Source of the DNA: a virus
Strand: one strand, 5' to 3'
Length of the DNA stretch: 64,000 nt
Virus record (IMG/VR): IMGVR_UViG_3300023179_000077
Coordinates: 1-64,000 of that record
Part shown: positions 9,384 through 19,323 of the stretch, piece after piece
Numbering within the stretch: position 1 is the first letter of the stretch
How the letters are laid out: the number at the start of each line of letters is the position of its first letter
Translations under genes and position numbers: made by a program
Notes under the pieces: generated by a model
What the model was told of the DNA's origin: nothing
Seen by the model: the letters and a program-made list of their open reading frames with translations, nothing else
Databases searched by the model: none

Positions 9384-9619
9384 AAAAGATTTTTGGATTA
9401 ATAGAAATGTATAAAAGTGATGCTTATCATTTTGATGACTTTGATGATACTATTATCGCTGAAACTTTAGATAAATTGAAAGAATCATTATCAAACTTAA
9501 AAGAAAATGATAACGCAAGTTACGCTCGCGTTATAAAAGAATATAAAAGTTCACTTGAAGGTGAACGTAAAGATGTTATAGAAGACTTTATTAAATACTC
9601 TAAATACTACAATAAATGA
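9380..9619 (+). CDS. Hypothetical protein
   Basis: Overlap-coupled ORF. Confidence 0.6.
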   Translation: MKKIFGLIEMYKSDAYHFDDFDDTIIAETLDKLKESLSNLKENDNASYARVIKEYKSSLEGERKDVIEDFIKYSKYYNK

Positions 9620-10557
9620 AAAAATCAGAATTACAAGAACTCATACGTGAGGTTGTTGATGAAGTAATAAATGAACAAGCTACAATTGACGTTTCTAATC
9701 CTGGATCTTTAACTGGTCCTCAAAAACAAACTTTAATTCAACGAGCTCGCAATAATACTAAAAATCCTAAAATAGGAACTGCTGATGAACCAGTTGAATT
9801 TGTTGAAAAAAAACTAAAAGAAATGGCTCGTCAGCCTATTATCTATAAATTAACTGACGACTATGCTGATAAACTTTCTGAATTGTCTTATATTGGTTCA
9901 TCTAAACGAATGGCATGGGTTAATGGTATTATAGAGTATATAAAAGATAATGGTCCTTCCGATATTACTAAAATAGCTAGAGAAAAATTTAATGTTCCTC
10001 AACCACGCATATCTGACTATGCTCGTGATATGATTAGACTTGGTATTTTAGCACCAACAACAGCGGGTGTTGTTCCTCAATTTATGAAACCTAAACCAGA
10101 ACCTGGTGAAGAAGTAGAACCAGAAGAAGAAACAGGTATTGTTTCTGGTGATTTAAGTGATGAAGAAATTGAAGCTTCATTTGCTAAAGCTAAAGCAGCG
10201 GGTGAAGAAGAACCTACTGGAATAGAAAAAACATCAGCTCCCACATCAGCTTCAGAATTATCAGATGAAGATTACAGTGATTTTATGAAATACACTGATT
10301 TAATGGATCGTTTAAATAGTGTAAAAGGTGATCTAAATAGAATGAAACGTAGTAGATTTATGGCAGGCGGTGGTGATATTAAAGATAAACCATCTGATGA
10401 AGAAAAACGTTTAAGAGATTTAAAAGCTAGTTTGGAACAACGCGTAAATACCTTAGTAGCTGGATCTGAGTATCTACAAAAACGTCAAGCTAAAAAAGAC
10501 GAATTAAACGAGTGGAATAAAAAGAAAATGCAGTATTACGCTGGTATTATAAAATAA
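9616..10557 (+). CDS. Putative head-associated protein with a winged-HTH-like segment
   Basis: N-terminal MKKSELQELIRE leader, ITKIAREKFNVPQPRISDYARDMIRLGIL HTH-like segment, C-terminal KMQYYAGI. Confidence 0.6.
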   Translation: MKKSELQELIREVVDEVINEQATIDVSNPGSLTGPQKQTLIQRARNNTKNPKIGTADEPVEFVEKKLKEMARQPIIYKLTDDYADKLSELSYIGSSKRMAWVNGIIEYIKDNGPSDITKIAREKFNVPQPRISDYARDMIRLGILAPTTAGVVPQFMKPKPEPGEEVEPEEETGIVSGDLSDEEIEASFAKAKAAGEEEPTGIEKTSAPTSASELSDEDYSDFMKYTDLMDRLNSVKGDLNRMKRSRFMAGGGDIKDKPSDEEKRLRDLKASLEQRVNTLVAGSEYLQKRQAKKDELNEWNKKKMQYYAGIIK

Positions 10558-11229
10558 ATGAATAAGTTTTTTAATACGTTATTGTTTTTAACAGTTATTG
10601 GTTTAGCTGTTTGGATTATTCTTGATCGAATAAGAGATAAAGAAAAAGATGAATTATTCCTTCAAAAACAAATCCAATTTACTCGTACTATTGATTCTTT
10701 AAAAGGAGAAATACCTAAAAAAGATTCAGTAGTACTTGTTTTATTTGAAATAAACGATTCACTACAACATAAAATAGATACATTAAAAAGTAATGTTAAA
10801 GTTGTAGTTAAATACGTTGATTCATCTAAACTAGCTATTGATAACTTCACCGAAAGAGAATTAATTGCATTTTATAATGAACGCTACCCAAAAGATACTA
10901 CAAGCAATAAATTACCAGTAGCACAGCCTGTACTTACAAACGCTGCTAAAGAATTAGCTGAATTAGACGGTGCTAGAAAAATGTTAACGTTGAAAGATAG
11001 TATATTGGCTAATATAGGTAAGCAATTAGAAGTAAAAGATAGTATAATTAATGTTTATGTAAGTAAAGAAGGTGATTATAAAACTATTATAGTTAATCAA
11101 GATTCACTTATAAAGAATTGGGATAATAGGTACAAAGAATTAGATAAAAAATACCAAAAAGCAAAAATAATGAATAAAGTCATTAAAACTGCTAGTGGTA
11201 TTATAATAGCTGCTATTTTGGTTTTATAA
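10558..11229 (+). CDS. Membrane-anchored coiled-coil protein (spanin-like lysis candidate)
   Basis: N-terminal TM helix, coiled coil, hydrophobic C-terminus, eight D-(S/T)-(L/V/I/T) motifs. Confidence 0.5.
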   Translation: MNKFFNTLLFLTVIGLAVWIILDRIRDKEKDELFLQKQIQFTRTIDSLKGEIPKKDSVVLVLFEINDSLQHKIDTLKSNVKVVVKYVDSSKLAIDNFTERELIAFYNERYPKDTTSNKLPVAQPVLTNAAKELAELDGARKMLTLKDSILANIGKQLEVKDSIINVYVSKEGDYKTIIVNQDSLIKNWDNRYKELDKKYQKAKIMNKVIKTASGIIIAAILVL

Positions 11230-11249
11230 TCCTCTACTCTGTCAAATAC

Positions 11250-11276
11250 AAAGCTCCGCCAAAAGCGGAGCTTTTT
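11250..11276 (+). terminator. Rho-independent terminator
   Basis: AAAGCTCCGC / GCGGAGCTTT stem plus T-run, followed by ATATTTAT. Confidence 0.8.
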
Positions 11277-11278
11277 GT

Positions 11279-11286
11279 ATATTTAT
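11279..11286 (+). promoter_or_regulatory. ATATTTAT putative late-promoter element (representative; about 24 gene-proximal copies)
   Basis: Copies start at 530, 944, 1412, 2520, 8904, 11279, 12879, 13569, 15494, 17503, 19203, 22156, 23241, 23935, 28308, 34394, 44152, 46773, 48313, 49340, 51126, 51705, 52748, 55672. Confidence 0.7.
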
Positions 11287-11290
11287 ATAT

Positions 11291-12871
11291 ATGAGTCAAA
11301 CACAAATTAAAGAAATAATTAAACAGGAGTATATTAAATGTGCTTTAGATCCTGTACATTTCTTTCGTAAGTATTGTTACATTACTCATCCTGTTAAAGG
11401 ACGAGTATTATTTCATCTATACCCATTCCAAGAAGAAGTATTAAACGATTTTAGAAATAATCGTTTTTGTATTATAAATAAATCAAGACAATTAGGTATA
11501 TCTACACTAGTAGCTGGTTTTTCATTGTGGACTATGCTATTTAATAAAGATAAAACTGTATTATGTATAGCAACTAAACAAGAAACAGCAAAAGGAATGG
11601 TAGATAAAGTACAGTTCATGTACAATAACTTACCTAACTGGTTAAAAGGTAATCAAAAACCACTTTCAGATAATAAATTATCACTTAAACTAGCAAATAA
11701 CTCCCAAATAATAGCTACTTCAGCCGCATCCGATGCTGGTCGATCATACGCAGTATCGTTACTATTAGTGGATGAGGCGGCGTTTATTGAAGGTATTGAT
11801 CGTATTTATACATCAATTAAACCTACAATTGCAACTGGTGGTGGTATTATTGCTTTATCTTCACCAAACGGTGTGGGTAATTGGTTCCATAAAATATACA
11901 CCGAAGCTGAAATAGGCAAAAATGATTTTAAAGCAATTAAACTACCCTGGAATTTACACCCAGACCGAGATGATAAATGGGAATCTACAGAGCGAACTAA
12001 TATGTCACCTCGTGAATTTGCTCAAGAATATGACTGTGATTTCTTAGGTTCTGGTAATACTGTAGTAGAATCCGACTTATTATCTTTTTATGAAGAAACT
12101 TATATACAAGATCCTGTGGAGCGTCGCTTTATGGGTGGTGACTTTTGGATTTGGAGTTATCCTGATTACAATAAGCAGTATATTGTATGTGCTGATGTGG
12201 CTAGGGGTGATGGCAGTGACTACTCTGCATTCCATATCATCGATGCAACAACGTGTGAGCAAGTTGCTGAATATAAATCACAAGTAGACACTAGAACATA
12301 TGGTAATATGCTTGTATCTGTTGCTACTGAATATAACAATGCGTTGCTAGTAGTAGAAAACGCTAACGTAGGTTGGGATGTAGTTAATACTATAATTGAA
12401 AAAGGATATCAAAAACTATATTATTCGCCTCGTGCTTATGGTGAAATGCATATTGATAAATGGTTATCTAAAATGGAATCTGAGCAGACAGTTCCTGGTT
12501 TTACTACATCAGCTAAAACAAGGCCGCTTGTTATTTCAAAAATGGAGTCGTATATTAGAGAGAAAGCATTTATTTTTAGATCAAAACGCTTATTAGAAGA
12601 GTTACGTGTGTTTATTTGGCAACATGGTAAAGCACAAGCACAAAACGGTTATAATGACGATTTAGTTATGTCATTAGGAATTGGTTTATTTACTAGAGAC
12701 ACCGCAATGAAATTCTATGAGCAAGGATTAGATTTAAATCGTGCAATGATTTCAAGTATAGGACGAACAAGTTATAATGCCCAACCTATGTTACCTAATA
12801 TTAATCAACCAAACCCATTTATGATGAATGATGGACGAGGTGGATTTGAAGACATAACATGGATTTTTTAA
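11291..12871 (+). CDS. terL: Terminase large subunit (T4 gp17-like)
   Basis: LYPFQ, KSRQLGIST Walker A, LLLVDEAAF Walker B, SSPNG, FAQEYDCDF, DVARGDGSDYS, DDLVMS. Confidence 0.95.
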   Translation: MSQTQIKEIIKQEYIKCALDPVHFFRKYCYITHPVKGRVLFHLYPFQEEVLNDFRNNRFCIINKSRQLGISTLVAGFSLWTMLFNKDKTVLCIATKQETAKGMVDKVQFMYNNLPNWLKGNQKPLSDNKLSLKLANNSQIIATSAASDAGRSYAVSLLLVDEAAFIEGIDRIYTSIKPTIATGGGIIALSSPNGVGNWFHKIYTEAEIGKNDFKAIKLPWNLHPDRDDKWESTERTNMSPREFAQEYDCDFLGSGNTVVESDLLSFYEETYIQDPVERRFMGGDFWIWSYPDYNKQYIVCADVARGDGSDYSAFHIIDATTCEQVAEYKSQVDTRTYGNMLVSVATEYNNALLVVENANVGWDVVNTIIEKGYQKLYYSPRAYGEMHIDKWLSKMESEQTVPGFTTSAKTRPLVISKMESYIREKAFIFRSKRLLEELRVFIWQHGKAQAQNGYNDDLVMSLGIGLFTRDTAMKFYEQGLDLNRAMISSIGRTSYNAQPMLPNINQPNPFMMNDGRGGFEDITWIF

Positions 12872-12900
12872 TTCTGTTATATTTATTATAAATAACTAGT

Positions 12901-13578
12901 ATGAAAATTTGTATTAAATGTAACCAAGAAAAAGAATTAAATAATTTTTATAAAAATAATAGAAATAAATCAGGATATGAAGGTATTTGTAAATCTTGTA
13001 AAAATGAATATACTATTTTAAATAATAAAAAATTAGGAAATAAATACTTTCAATTAACTTCTAAAAAATGGTCAAATAAAAATAAAAATAAAATATCACA
13101 ATATAATAAAGAAAAATATAATAATAATAAAGAATACTGGTTAAGTGAAAATAGAAAATTATATAGTAAAGAATGGAGAAGTAATAATAAAGATAAATTA
13201 GCAAAATATTGGAAAATTAAATATGATACTGATATTAATTTTAAACTATCTTGTTTGTTAAGACTTAGGTTATATAATGCTTTAAAACTAAATTTAAAAA
13301 CTAAAAGTGCTATAAAATTAATAGGTTGTACAATAGATACTTTTAAACAATATCTTGAATCTAAATTTAAACCAGAAATGAATTGGAATAATCATGGTGA
13401 TATTTGGGAAATTGATCATATTAAGCCATGTGATTCCTTTAATCTAACAGATATAGAACAACAAAAACAATGCTTTCATTATACTAATATGCAGCCATTA
13501 TTTAAAACAACAAAAATTGCTGAGTCGTTTGGATATAATGAATTAGGCAATAGAAATAAGACTAATAAATATTTATAG
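12901..13578 (+). CDS. HNH homing endonuclease with N-terminal CxxC zinc finger
   Basis: CIKC..CKSC, MNWNNHG..WEIDHIKP, CFHYTNMQPL. Confidence 0.8.
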   Translation: MKICIKCNQEKELNNFYKNNRNKSGYEGICKSCKNEYTILNNKKLGNKYFQLTSKKWSNKNKNKISQYNKEKYNNNKEYWLSENRKLYSKEWRSNNKDKLAKYWKIKYDTDINFKLSCLLRLRLYNALKLNLKTKSAIKLIGCTIDTFKQYLESKFKPEMNWNNHGDIWEIDHIKPCDSFNLTDIEQQKQCFHYTNMQPLFKTTKIAESFGYNELGNRNKTNKYL

Positions 13579-13596
13579 ACATAATAAAGCAATATA

Positions 13597-15486
13597 ATGG
13601 CAGAAAATAACCAACAACAACCCGGTTTATTTAGTAGGCTTACACGATTATTCAGTACAGATGTTATTATTAGAAATGTTGGTGGAAATCAACTCAAAGT
13701 AGTAGATGTTGATAAAATTCAAGCTTATGGTAATGTAAAGACAAATGCATTAATAGATAGATATACAAAACTTCATCGTTATGGAGCTAATATGCCCTAT
13801 AACCCAACAATGAACTATCAAACACTTCGTATTCAGTTATATACTGACTATGAAGCTATGGATACAGAATCTATTATAGCATCTGCTCTTGATATTGTAG
13901 CTGATGAGGCTACATTAAAGAATGAAGCAGGTGAAGTATTACAAATCAGAAGTGCTGATGAAAATATTCAACGTATATTATATAATTTATTCTACGATAT
14001 ATTAAACATTGAATTTAATTTATGGTTGTGGATTAGAAATATGTGTAAGTATGGTGATTTTTATTTACACATGGAAGTCGCTGAAAAATTTGGTGTATAC
14101 AACGTAACACCTCTTTCAGTATATGATATGATTCGTGAAGAAGGACAAGATCCTGAAAATCCATCTTATGTTTGCTTCAGAATAGATCCAATGGTTATAG
14201 CTGCTGGTGGTATAAGCAATCGTGTTAAAGATAGAGATGGTAAAATTAAATTTGAAAACTACGAAATAGCTCACTTTAGGCTATTAACTGATGCAAACTA
14301 TCTTCCATACGGAAGATCATATATTGAACCTGCTCGTAAAACATATAAGCAATATGTGTTAATGAAAGATGCAATGCTATTGCATCGTATCACTCGTGCC
14401 CCAGAAAAACGTGTGTTTACTATTAATGTTGGTAACATTCCTCCTCATGAAGTAGATGCTTATATGCAGAAGGTAATGCAAAAAATGAAAAAAACACCTT
14501 ACATTGATCAACAAACAGGTGAATATAATTTAAGATATAATTTAATGAACTTAATGGAAGACTTTTATCTTCCAGTTCGCGGTAATGATACAGCAACTAA
14601 AATAGATACTGTAAAAGGTCTTGAGTATAATGCTATTGAAGACGTAGCATTCTTACGTGATGAAATGTTAGCTGCACTTAAGATACCTAAAGCATTTTTT
14701 GGTTTTGAAAAAGATCTTGAAGGTAAAGCTACATTAGCCGCTGAAGATATTCGTTTTGCTCGTACAGTAGAACGCGTACAGCGTATTGTTATTTCTGAAT
14801 TGTATAAAATGGCATTAGTGCATTTATATGTTCAAGGATATGATGGTGAAGCATTAACTAACTTTGAGTTATCATTAACTACTCCATCTATCATTTACGA
14901 ACAAGAGAAAGTAGCATTATGGAAAGAAAAAGTTGACTTAGCTAAATCAATCCAAGACACTAACTTATTACCTTCAGATTGGATATATGATAATGTATTC
15001 CAATTCAGTGAAGATCAATATGATGAATATCGTGATTTAATGCTTGAAGATAAAAAACGTGTGTTTAGATTAGCTCAAATTGAAAATGAAGGTAATGACC
15101 CCGCTAAATCAGGTAAATCATATGGTACACCACATGATTTAGCTTCACTATACGGCAAAGGCAGAACAGGAATGGATACTGATGGACCTATACCTCCTGG
15201 ATATGATGAAAAGCGTCCTGTTGGTCGTCCTAAAGAAAGAGCATCTATTATTGGTACTCAACAGGATCCATTAGGTAAAGATAGACTTGGTAGAAAAGCA
15301 AATAGTACTCTTTATACTGCTAATATTCCTTCTGAAGATGGTACTCCAAAAGGGGGTTCACCTGTTGCTTTAGCTGAATTAAAGAAAAATAAAAGCTTAT
15401 TAGAAAGTATCAACGTAGAACGCAAAAAGCTAATATACGATGAAGAAAATAATATGCTAAGTGAGAAAAATATCAAGGGTATATAA
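13597..15486 (+). CDS. Portal protein (T4 gp20-like)
   Basis: PYGRSYIE.ARK, RITRAPEKRVF.INVGNIP, EDFYLPVRG, ALKIPK, EDIRFARTV. Confidence 0.92.
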   Translation: MAENNQQQPGLFSRLTRLFSTDVIIRNVGGNQLKVVDVDKIQAYGNVKTNALIDRYTKLHRYGANMPYNPTMNYQTLRIQLYTDYEAMDTESIIASALDIVADEATLKNEAGEVLQIRSADENIQRILYNLFYDILNIEFNLWLWIRNMCKYGDFYLHMEVAEKFGVYNVTPLSVYDMIREEGQDPENPSYVCFRIDPMVIAAGGISNRVKDRDGKIKFENYEIAHFRLLTDANYLPYGRSYIEPARKTYKQYVLMKDAMLLHRITRAPEKRVFTINVGNIPPHEVDAYMQKVMQKMKKTPYIDQQTGEYNLRYNLMNLMEDFYLPVRGNDTATKIDTVKGLEYNAIEDVAFLRDEMLAALKIPKAFFGFEKDLEGKATLAAEDIRFARTVERVQRIVISELYKMALVHLYVQGYDGEALTNFELSLTTPSIIYEQEKVALWKEKVDLAKSIQDTNLLPSDWIYDNVFQFSEDQYDEYRDLMLEDKKRVFRLAQIENEGNDPAKSGKSYGTPHDLASLYGKGRTGMDTDGPIPPGYDEKRPVGRPKERASIIGTQQDPLGKDRLGRKANSTLYTANIPSEDGTPKGGSPVALAELKKNKSLLESINVERKKLIYDEENNMLSEKNIKGI

Positions 15487-15524
15487 TAGATAAATATTTA
15501 TAGATAGTGTACACTAACTAAATT

Positions 15525-16379
15525 ATGAAAATAAAACATTCTAAATTTCGAAACACTGGTATATTATTTGAATTATTGGTGCGTCAGATAGCATCTGACA
15601 CTTTATCTAATAAAGACTCTGCAGCTGTTAATTTAGTTAAAAAGTATTTTAACAAAACCGAATTAACTAAAGAATATAAAATATATCAGACTTTAATTAA
15701 TTCAAAACTTTTAAGCGAAGCTAAAGCTGAAACATTCATAAATACAGCATTAGATGCTTCTTTGCGTTTAAATAAAACTACTTTACGTAAAGAAAAATAT
15801 AATTTAATTAAAGAAATCAAAGAAAACTACGACTTAGAAGAATTCTTTAAAGCAAAAATCAATCATTATACTCAATACGCTGCTGTATTCAATTTAATTG
15901 AATCTCATAGCTCAACAGAATTTATTGATCCTAAACTTATTATTGATAATAAAATTACTCTATTAGAGCATATTACACGTAAAGAAGTTAATAAAGAAGA
16001 CGTTAAAGATCGTGTAATAGAAGAATACATGAAACTAGATAAAGGTTCTCGTATACTTGCTTATCGTATGTTATTAGAGAAATTCAACACAAAATACGCT
16101 GAGTTGAATGATAAGCAAAAAAATGTATTAAAAGAATATATCAATAATGTAACTAATACTGTTAAATTAAGAGAATTCGTTAATAATAATTTTAATGTTA
16201 TTATTAGCGAATTAAAGTTAATTATCCCCACAATAGAAGATAAAACAACTCAAATTAAATTAACAGAAATAACTAATTTCCTTCAACCATTGGATAAAAA
16301 TCAAAATGTAAAAGATGAAAATATAATTTCACTTTTGCAGTTTTATCAGTTATTAAATGAGTTAAAAGCCATTAAATAA
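15525..16379 (+). CDS. Conserved-looking helical protein in the head module
   Basis: Long ORF between portal and protease, preceded by ATATTTAT. Confidence 0.65.
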   Translation: MKIKHSKFRNTGILFELLVRQIASDTLSNKDSAAVNLVKKYFNKTELTKEYKIYQTLINSKLLSEAKAETFINTALDASLRLNKTTLRKEKYNLIKEIKENYDLEEFFKAKINHYTQYAAVFNLIESHSSTEFIDPKLIIDNKITLLEHITRKEVNKEDVKDRVIEEYMKLDKGSRILAYRMLLEKFNTKYAELNDKQKNVLKEYINNVTNTVKLREFVNNNFNVIISELKLIIPTIEDKTTQIKLTEITNFLQPLDKNQNVKDENIISLLQFYQLLNELKAIK

Positions 16380-16924
16380 TGGATCAATTAAGAGAAAAAT
16401 TAAAGCAATTAATACGTAAAGAACTAGAGGAGATGTCTGCTACTAGTGGTGGAGAAGCATATTCTACTCCTTTTGCTTTTGCTAAAAAAGGTCAAAAAAC
16501 AAACGCTGCTATTCAAACAGCTAAATCTCAAGGAATGAAATTAGCTCCTACAGGAATACCTAGTGACTCTAAAGTAAGAGATTATAAAGCAATTTGGAAA
16601 TCAGCTGAAAAATCTAAATATAAGATGTATAAAGAATCTTTAGAAAAAATTGTTAAAGAAGAGTTACTCAACGAAGTAACCTATTCTAAATTCAAAAACG
16701 AAGTTAAATTTAGAACTAAATCAGAACAACTTCATAAAGCAATTCGTGAAGTAAAACGTAAACTACAAGAAATTGATCGTATTGTTGAATATACTTCACG
16801 CATGAAACAAGAATTAAGTGAAGACGGCGGTATCAACTATTGGAAAGCCACTCAAAAGAATATAGGTACTATATCTGAAATGGTAAACCAATTAAATAAT
16901 AAGATTAAAAATTTACATCAATGA
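16379..16924 (+). CDS. Putative prohead core / internal protein
   Basis: LKQLIRKELEE and LEKIVKEELLNE helices; head-module position. Confidence 0.55.
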   Translation: MDQLREKLKQLIRKELEEMSATSGGEAYSTPFAFAKKGQKTNAAIQTAKSQGMKLAPTGIPSDSKVRDYKAIWKSAEKSKYKMYKESLEKIVKEELLNEVTYSKFKNEVKFRTKSEQLHKAIREVKRKLQEIDRIVEYTSRMKQELSEDGGINYWKATQKNIGTISEMVNQLNNKIKNLHQ

Positions 16925-17355
16925 AAAAGCAAATTAACGAAATCCGCAGAATGCAGCAATTAGCTGGGATTTTAAAAGAAAATAATATAAACGAAGCTCC
17001 TCAGCCTGATTGGGGTTCTATGGGACTTACATATAGTGATACAATAGGAGATGATAATGAAGGTGAATATAATGAGATTGTGGATATAACAAAAAAATTA
17101 TATCAAGACTTCATAGAACAATATGAGAAAATGCCAGATCAAGAAAAAATTGAATATAAAATATCACAAGATATAGATAACGATATTACGAATATGTTAG
17201 ATGCAATATATAGCTTTTCTTTTAGAAAGGATAATAATGTTAAACTTAGTGATGGAAGAACAGTTAGTATTAACTATCTTATGAACAAAATGCTTGAAAA
17301 GGGAGAATACAGTAAACTAGCTCAAGATATCTTGGAAATAATTATAGGCTTATAA
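16921..17355 (+). CDS. Hypothetical protein with MKKQINEIRRMQQLAGI leader (putative internal protein)
   Basis: Leader shared with 559 and 974 and with the scaffold C-terminus. Confidence 0.7.
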   Translation: MKKQINEIRRMQQLAGILKENNINEAPQPDWGSMGLTYSDTIGDDNEGEYNEIVDITKKLYQDFIEQYEKMPDQEKIEYKISQDIDNDITNMLDAIYSFSFRKDNNVKLSDGRTVSINYLMNKMLEKGEYSKLAQDILEIIIGL

Positions 17356-17374
17356 ATAAAAATTAATATCAATA

Positions 17375-17503
17375 ATGGCAAAAGGTAAAGGTGGTAGTGA
17401 AAGCCGTAAAATAACATTCGGCAAACGCAAATTAGGAAAAGCAAAAAAATCCTACAATAAGCACGATAGAACAGAAAAAAACTACCGTAGACAAGGACGA
17501 TAA
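17375..17503 (+). CDS. 42-aa highly basic peptide MAKGKGGSESRKITFGKRKLGKAKKSYNKHDRTEKNYRRQGR (not in the ORF track)
   Basis: Translated by hand; fills the gap, has A-rich start context, ends in YRRQGR like small basic peptides of T4-like phages. Confidence 0.75.
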   Translation: MAKGKGGSESRKITFGKRKLGKAKKSYNKHDRTEKNYRRQGR

Positions 17504-17537
17504 TATTTATACATAACAAACCATAAATTATAACACA

Positions 17538-17930
17538 ATGAAAAAAAGCGAATTACGTGAATTAATAAAAGAAATAATACTTCAAGAAATAACTAAAGTA
17601 GAGGAAAGTCAAGAAGAAAGAGGAATTACACCTAGTGGTCAAATTCAAACTCCCGCACAAGCTCTTGGCCGTGCTCGCCCTAGAACTTCCGCTGAGTTAG
17701 CTTGGGAAAATTATGGTTTGGACAGATATACTGCTGGAGTAGCATATAACGGAGGATATACTAAAAAAGATGGAACATTTGTTCCAGTAGATGAACAAGG
17801 ATTAGTTAATATAGTAATATCCATGTTAAAGAAAAAATTACCAAATGCTGATTCTGAAATTGTAGATTGGATGAAAAATAAAACTAGAGAGGTGTATAAA
17901 AGACAACAATCGTTTAAAAAAGGTAGTTAA
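17538..17930 (+). CDS. Hypothetical protein with MKKSELRELIKE leader
   Basis: Leader matches ORF 9616. Confidence 0.7.
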   Translation: MKKSELRELIKEIILQEITKVEESQEERGITPSGQIQTPAQALGRARPRTSAELAWENYGLDRYTAGVAYNGGYTKKDGTFVPVDEQGLVNIVISMLKKKLPNADSEIVDWMKNKTREVYKRQQSFKKGS

Positions 17931-17940
17931 AAATAATATA

Positions 17941-18570
17941 ATGAAAAGCATACAAAACCAATATCGCGATCTTAAAGAAGGAAAAATGTCACAAGCTAAC
18001 TTTATGCGTAATGTGCGTATGACTTTTCCTCATTTAGTTACTAATGTAACATCATTTGATGATACTGTCAGAATACTTAAAAATAAACAAATATTAAGCG
18101 AAGCTAAAACTAAACTACACCCAAATCAAATTCACCCACAAGAATTAAGAATGGGTATTAAAGTAGAAATGGAACACACAGATGATCCTAAAAAAGCAGA
18201 AAAAATTGCTTTAGATCATTTAGCAGAAAATCCATTTTACTACACAGCATTAAAATTATCAGGCATTGAATCACCTTCAGCTCCTAAAACTAAAACACCT
18301 GCTAAAGCTAAAGCTAAAAAAGAATCAGTTGAATTAGTTGATAAAGAAAATCAAATGAAAACACCAAAAGGTGTTGAAAAAGCAAAAGCATCAGCTAATA
18401 AAGCACATAAAGAAACAAACAAAGGTGTTAAAGGAGTAGAAGAACTCACTCACGCTGCTAAAAAAGCTAAAGGCATTAAACAAGTAATGTCTCCTACTGG
18501 TGGTAAAATGAAAACCATTAGAGAACAATTAGAAAAACTTGTGCGTGAAGCCATAAATGAATATTACTAA
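17941..18570 (+). CDS. DUF5661-like head-module protein
   Basis: LRMGIKVEMEHTDD..AEKIALDHL.E.P.YY motif; Lys-rich tail. Confidence 0.6.
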   Translation: MKSIQNQYRDLKEGKMSQANFMRNVRMTFPHLVTNVTSFDDTVRILKNKQILSEAKTKLHPNQIHPQELRMGIKVEMEHTDDPKKAEKIALDHLAENPFYYTALKLSGIESPSAPKTKTPAKAKAKKESVELVDKENQMKTPKGVEKAKASANKAHKETNKGVKGVEELTHAAKKAKGIKQVMSPTGGKMKTIREQLEKLVREAINEYY

Positions 18571-19175
18571 TGAAATCATTACTCATAGACCATACTCCTT
18601 TCCAACATGCTAAGCTTACTTTAGTTGAAGGTAAAGTAAACAATGGTACTGTCACTTTAGTTGGTAAATTACAAGAAGCTGAACAAAAAAACGGCAATGG
18701 TCGTGTATATCCTCGCGAAATACTTGAAAGAGAAGTAAAAAAATATGCTGAAGGACCAATAAAAACACGCACTGCTTTAGGAGAACTCGATCATCCTGAA
18801 GCCTCTGTTGTTAATCTAGCAAATACTTCCCATGTTATTACAGAAGTATGGTGGAAAGGAAATGACTTAATGGGTAGATTACAACTATTACCCACACCCG
18901 CGGGCAATATCGCTAAAGCACTTGTATTATCTGGTATTCCACTTGGTATTTCATCACGCGGTATGGGTAGTGTTAAACAACTTGGTGAAACAGTTGAAGT
19001 ACAAGACGATTTTGAATTGTTATGTTGGGATTTAGTATCAGTACCTAGTACTCCACAAGCATATATGAGAATAGCTGAAGCAAAGCAATATGCTTCTATT
19101 AAAGATTATAGCAAAGTAAATAGTTTAATTACAGAAATTATTTGTCAACATACTGGAGTTTGTCCTTTATGTTAA
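18570..19175 (+). CDS. Prohead core protease (T4 gp21-like)
   Basis: NGNGRVYP, ALGELDHP, GISSRGMGS, WDLVS.PS. Confidence 0.93.
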   Translation: MKSLLIDHTPFQHAKLTLVEGKVNNGTVTLVGKLQEAEQKNGNGRVYPREILEREVKKYAEGPIKTRTALGELDHPEASVVNLANTSHVITEVWWKGNDLMGRLQLLPTPAGNIAKALVLSGIPLGISSRGMGSVKQLGETVEVQDDFELLCWDLVSVPSTPQAYMRIAEAKQYASIKDYSKVNSLITEIICQHTGVCPLC

Positions 19176-19210
19176 ATAATTCACGTCTTTCCATATCTCC
19201 ATATATTTAT

Positions 19211-19323
19211 GAGCATCCTACAATAGGTTGCTCATTCTTATGCAACCTCGGGTATATTACAAACCCCTATTAAGATTTTCTAATAATCTTATTTCCGAAA
19301 AAAAATTTAAGGAGAAAAATTTT
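19211..19323 (+). promoter_or_regulatory. Structured 5' leader of the scaffold/capsid operon
   Basis: GAGCA.CCTA-CAA-TAGG.TGCTC and TAAGATT/AATCTTA hairpins between ATATTTAT (19203) and the ATG at 19324. Confidence 0.4.
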
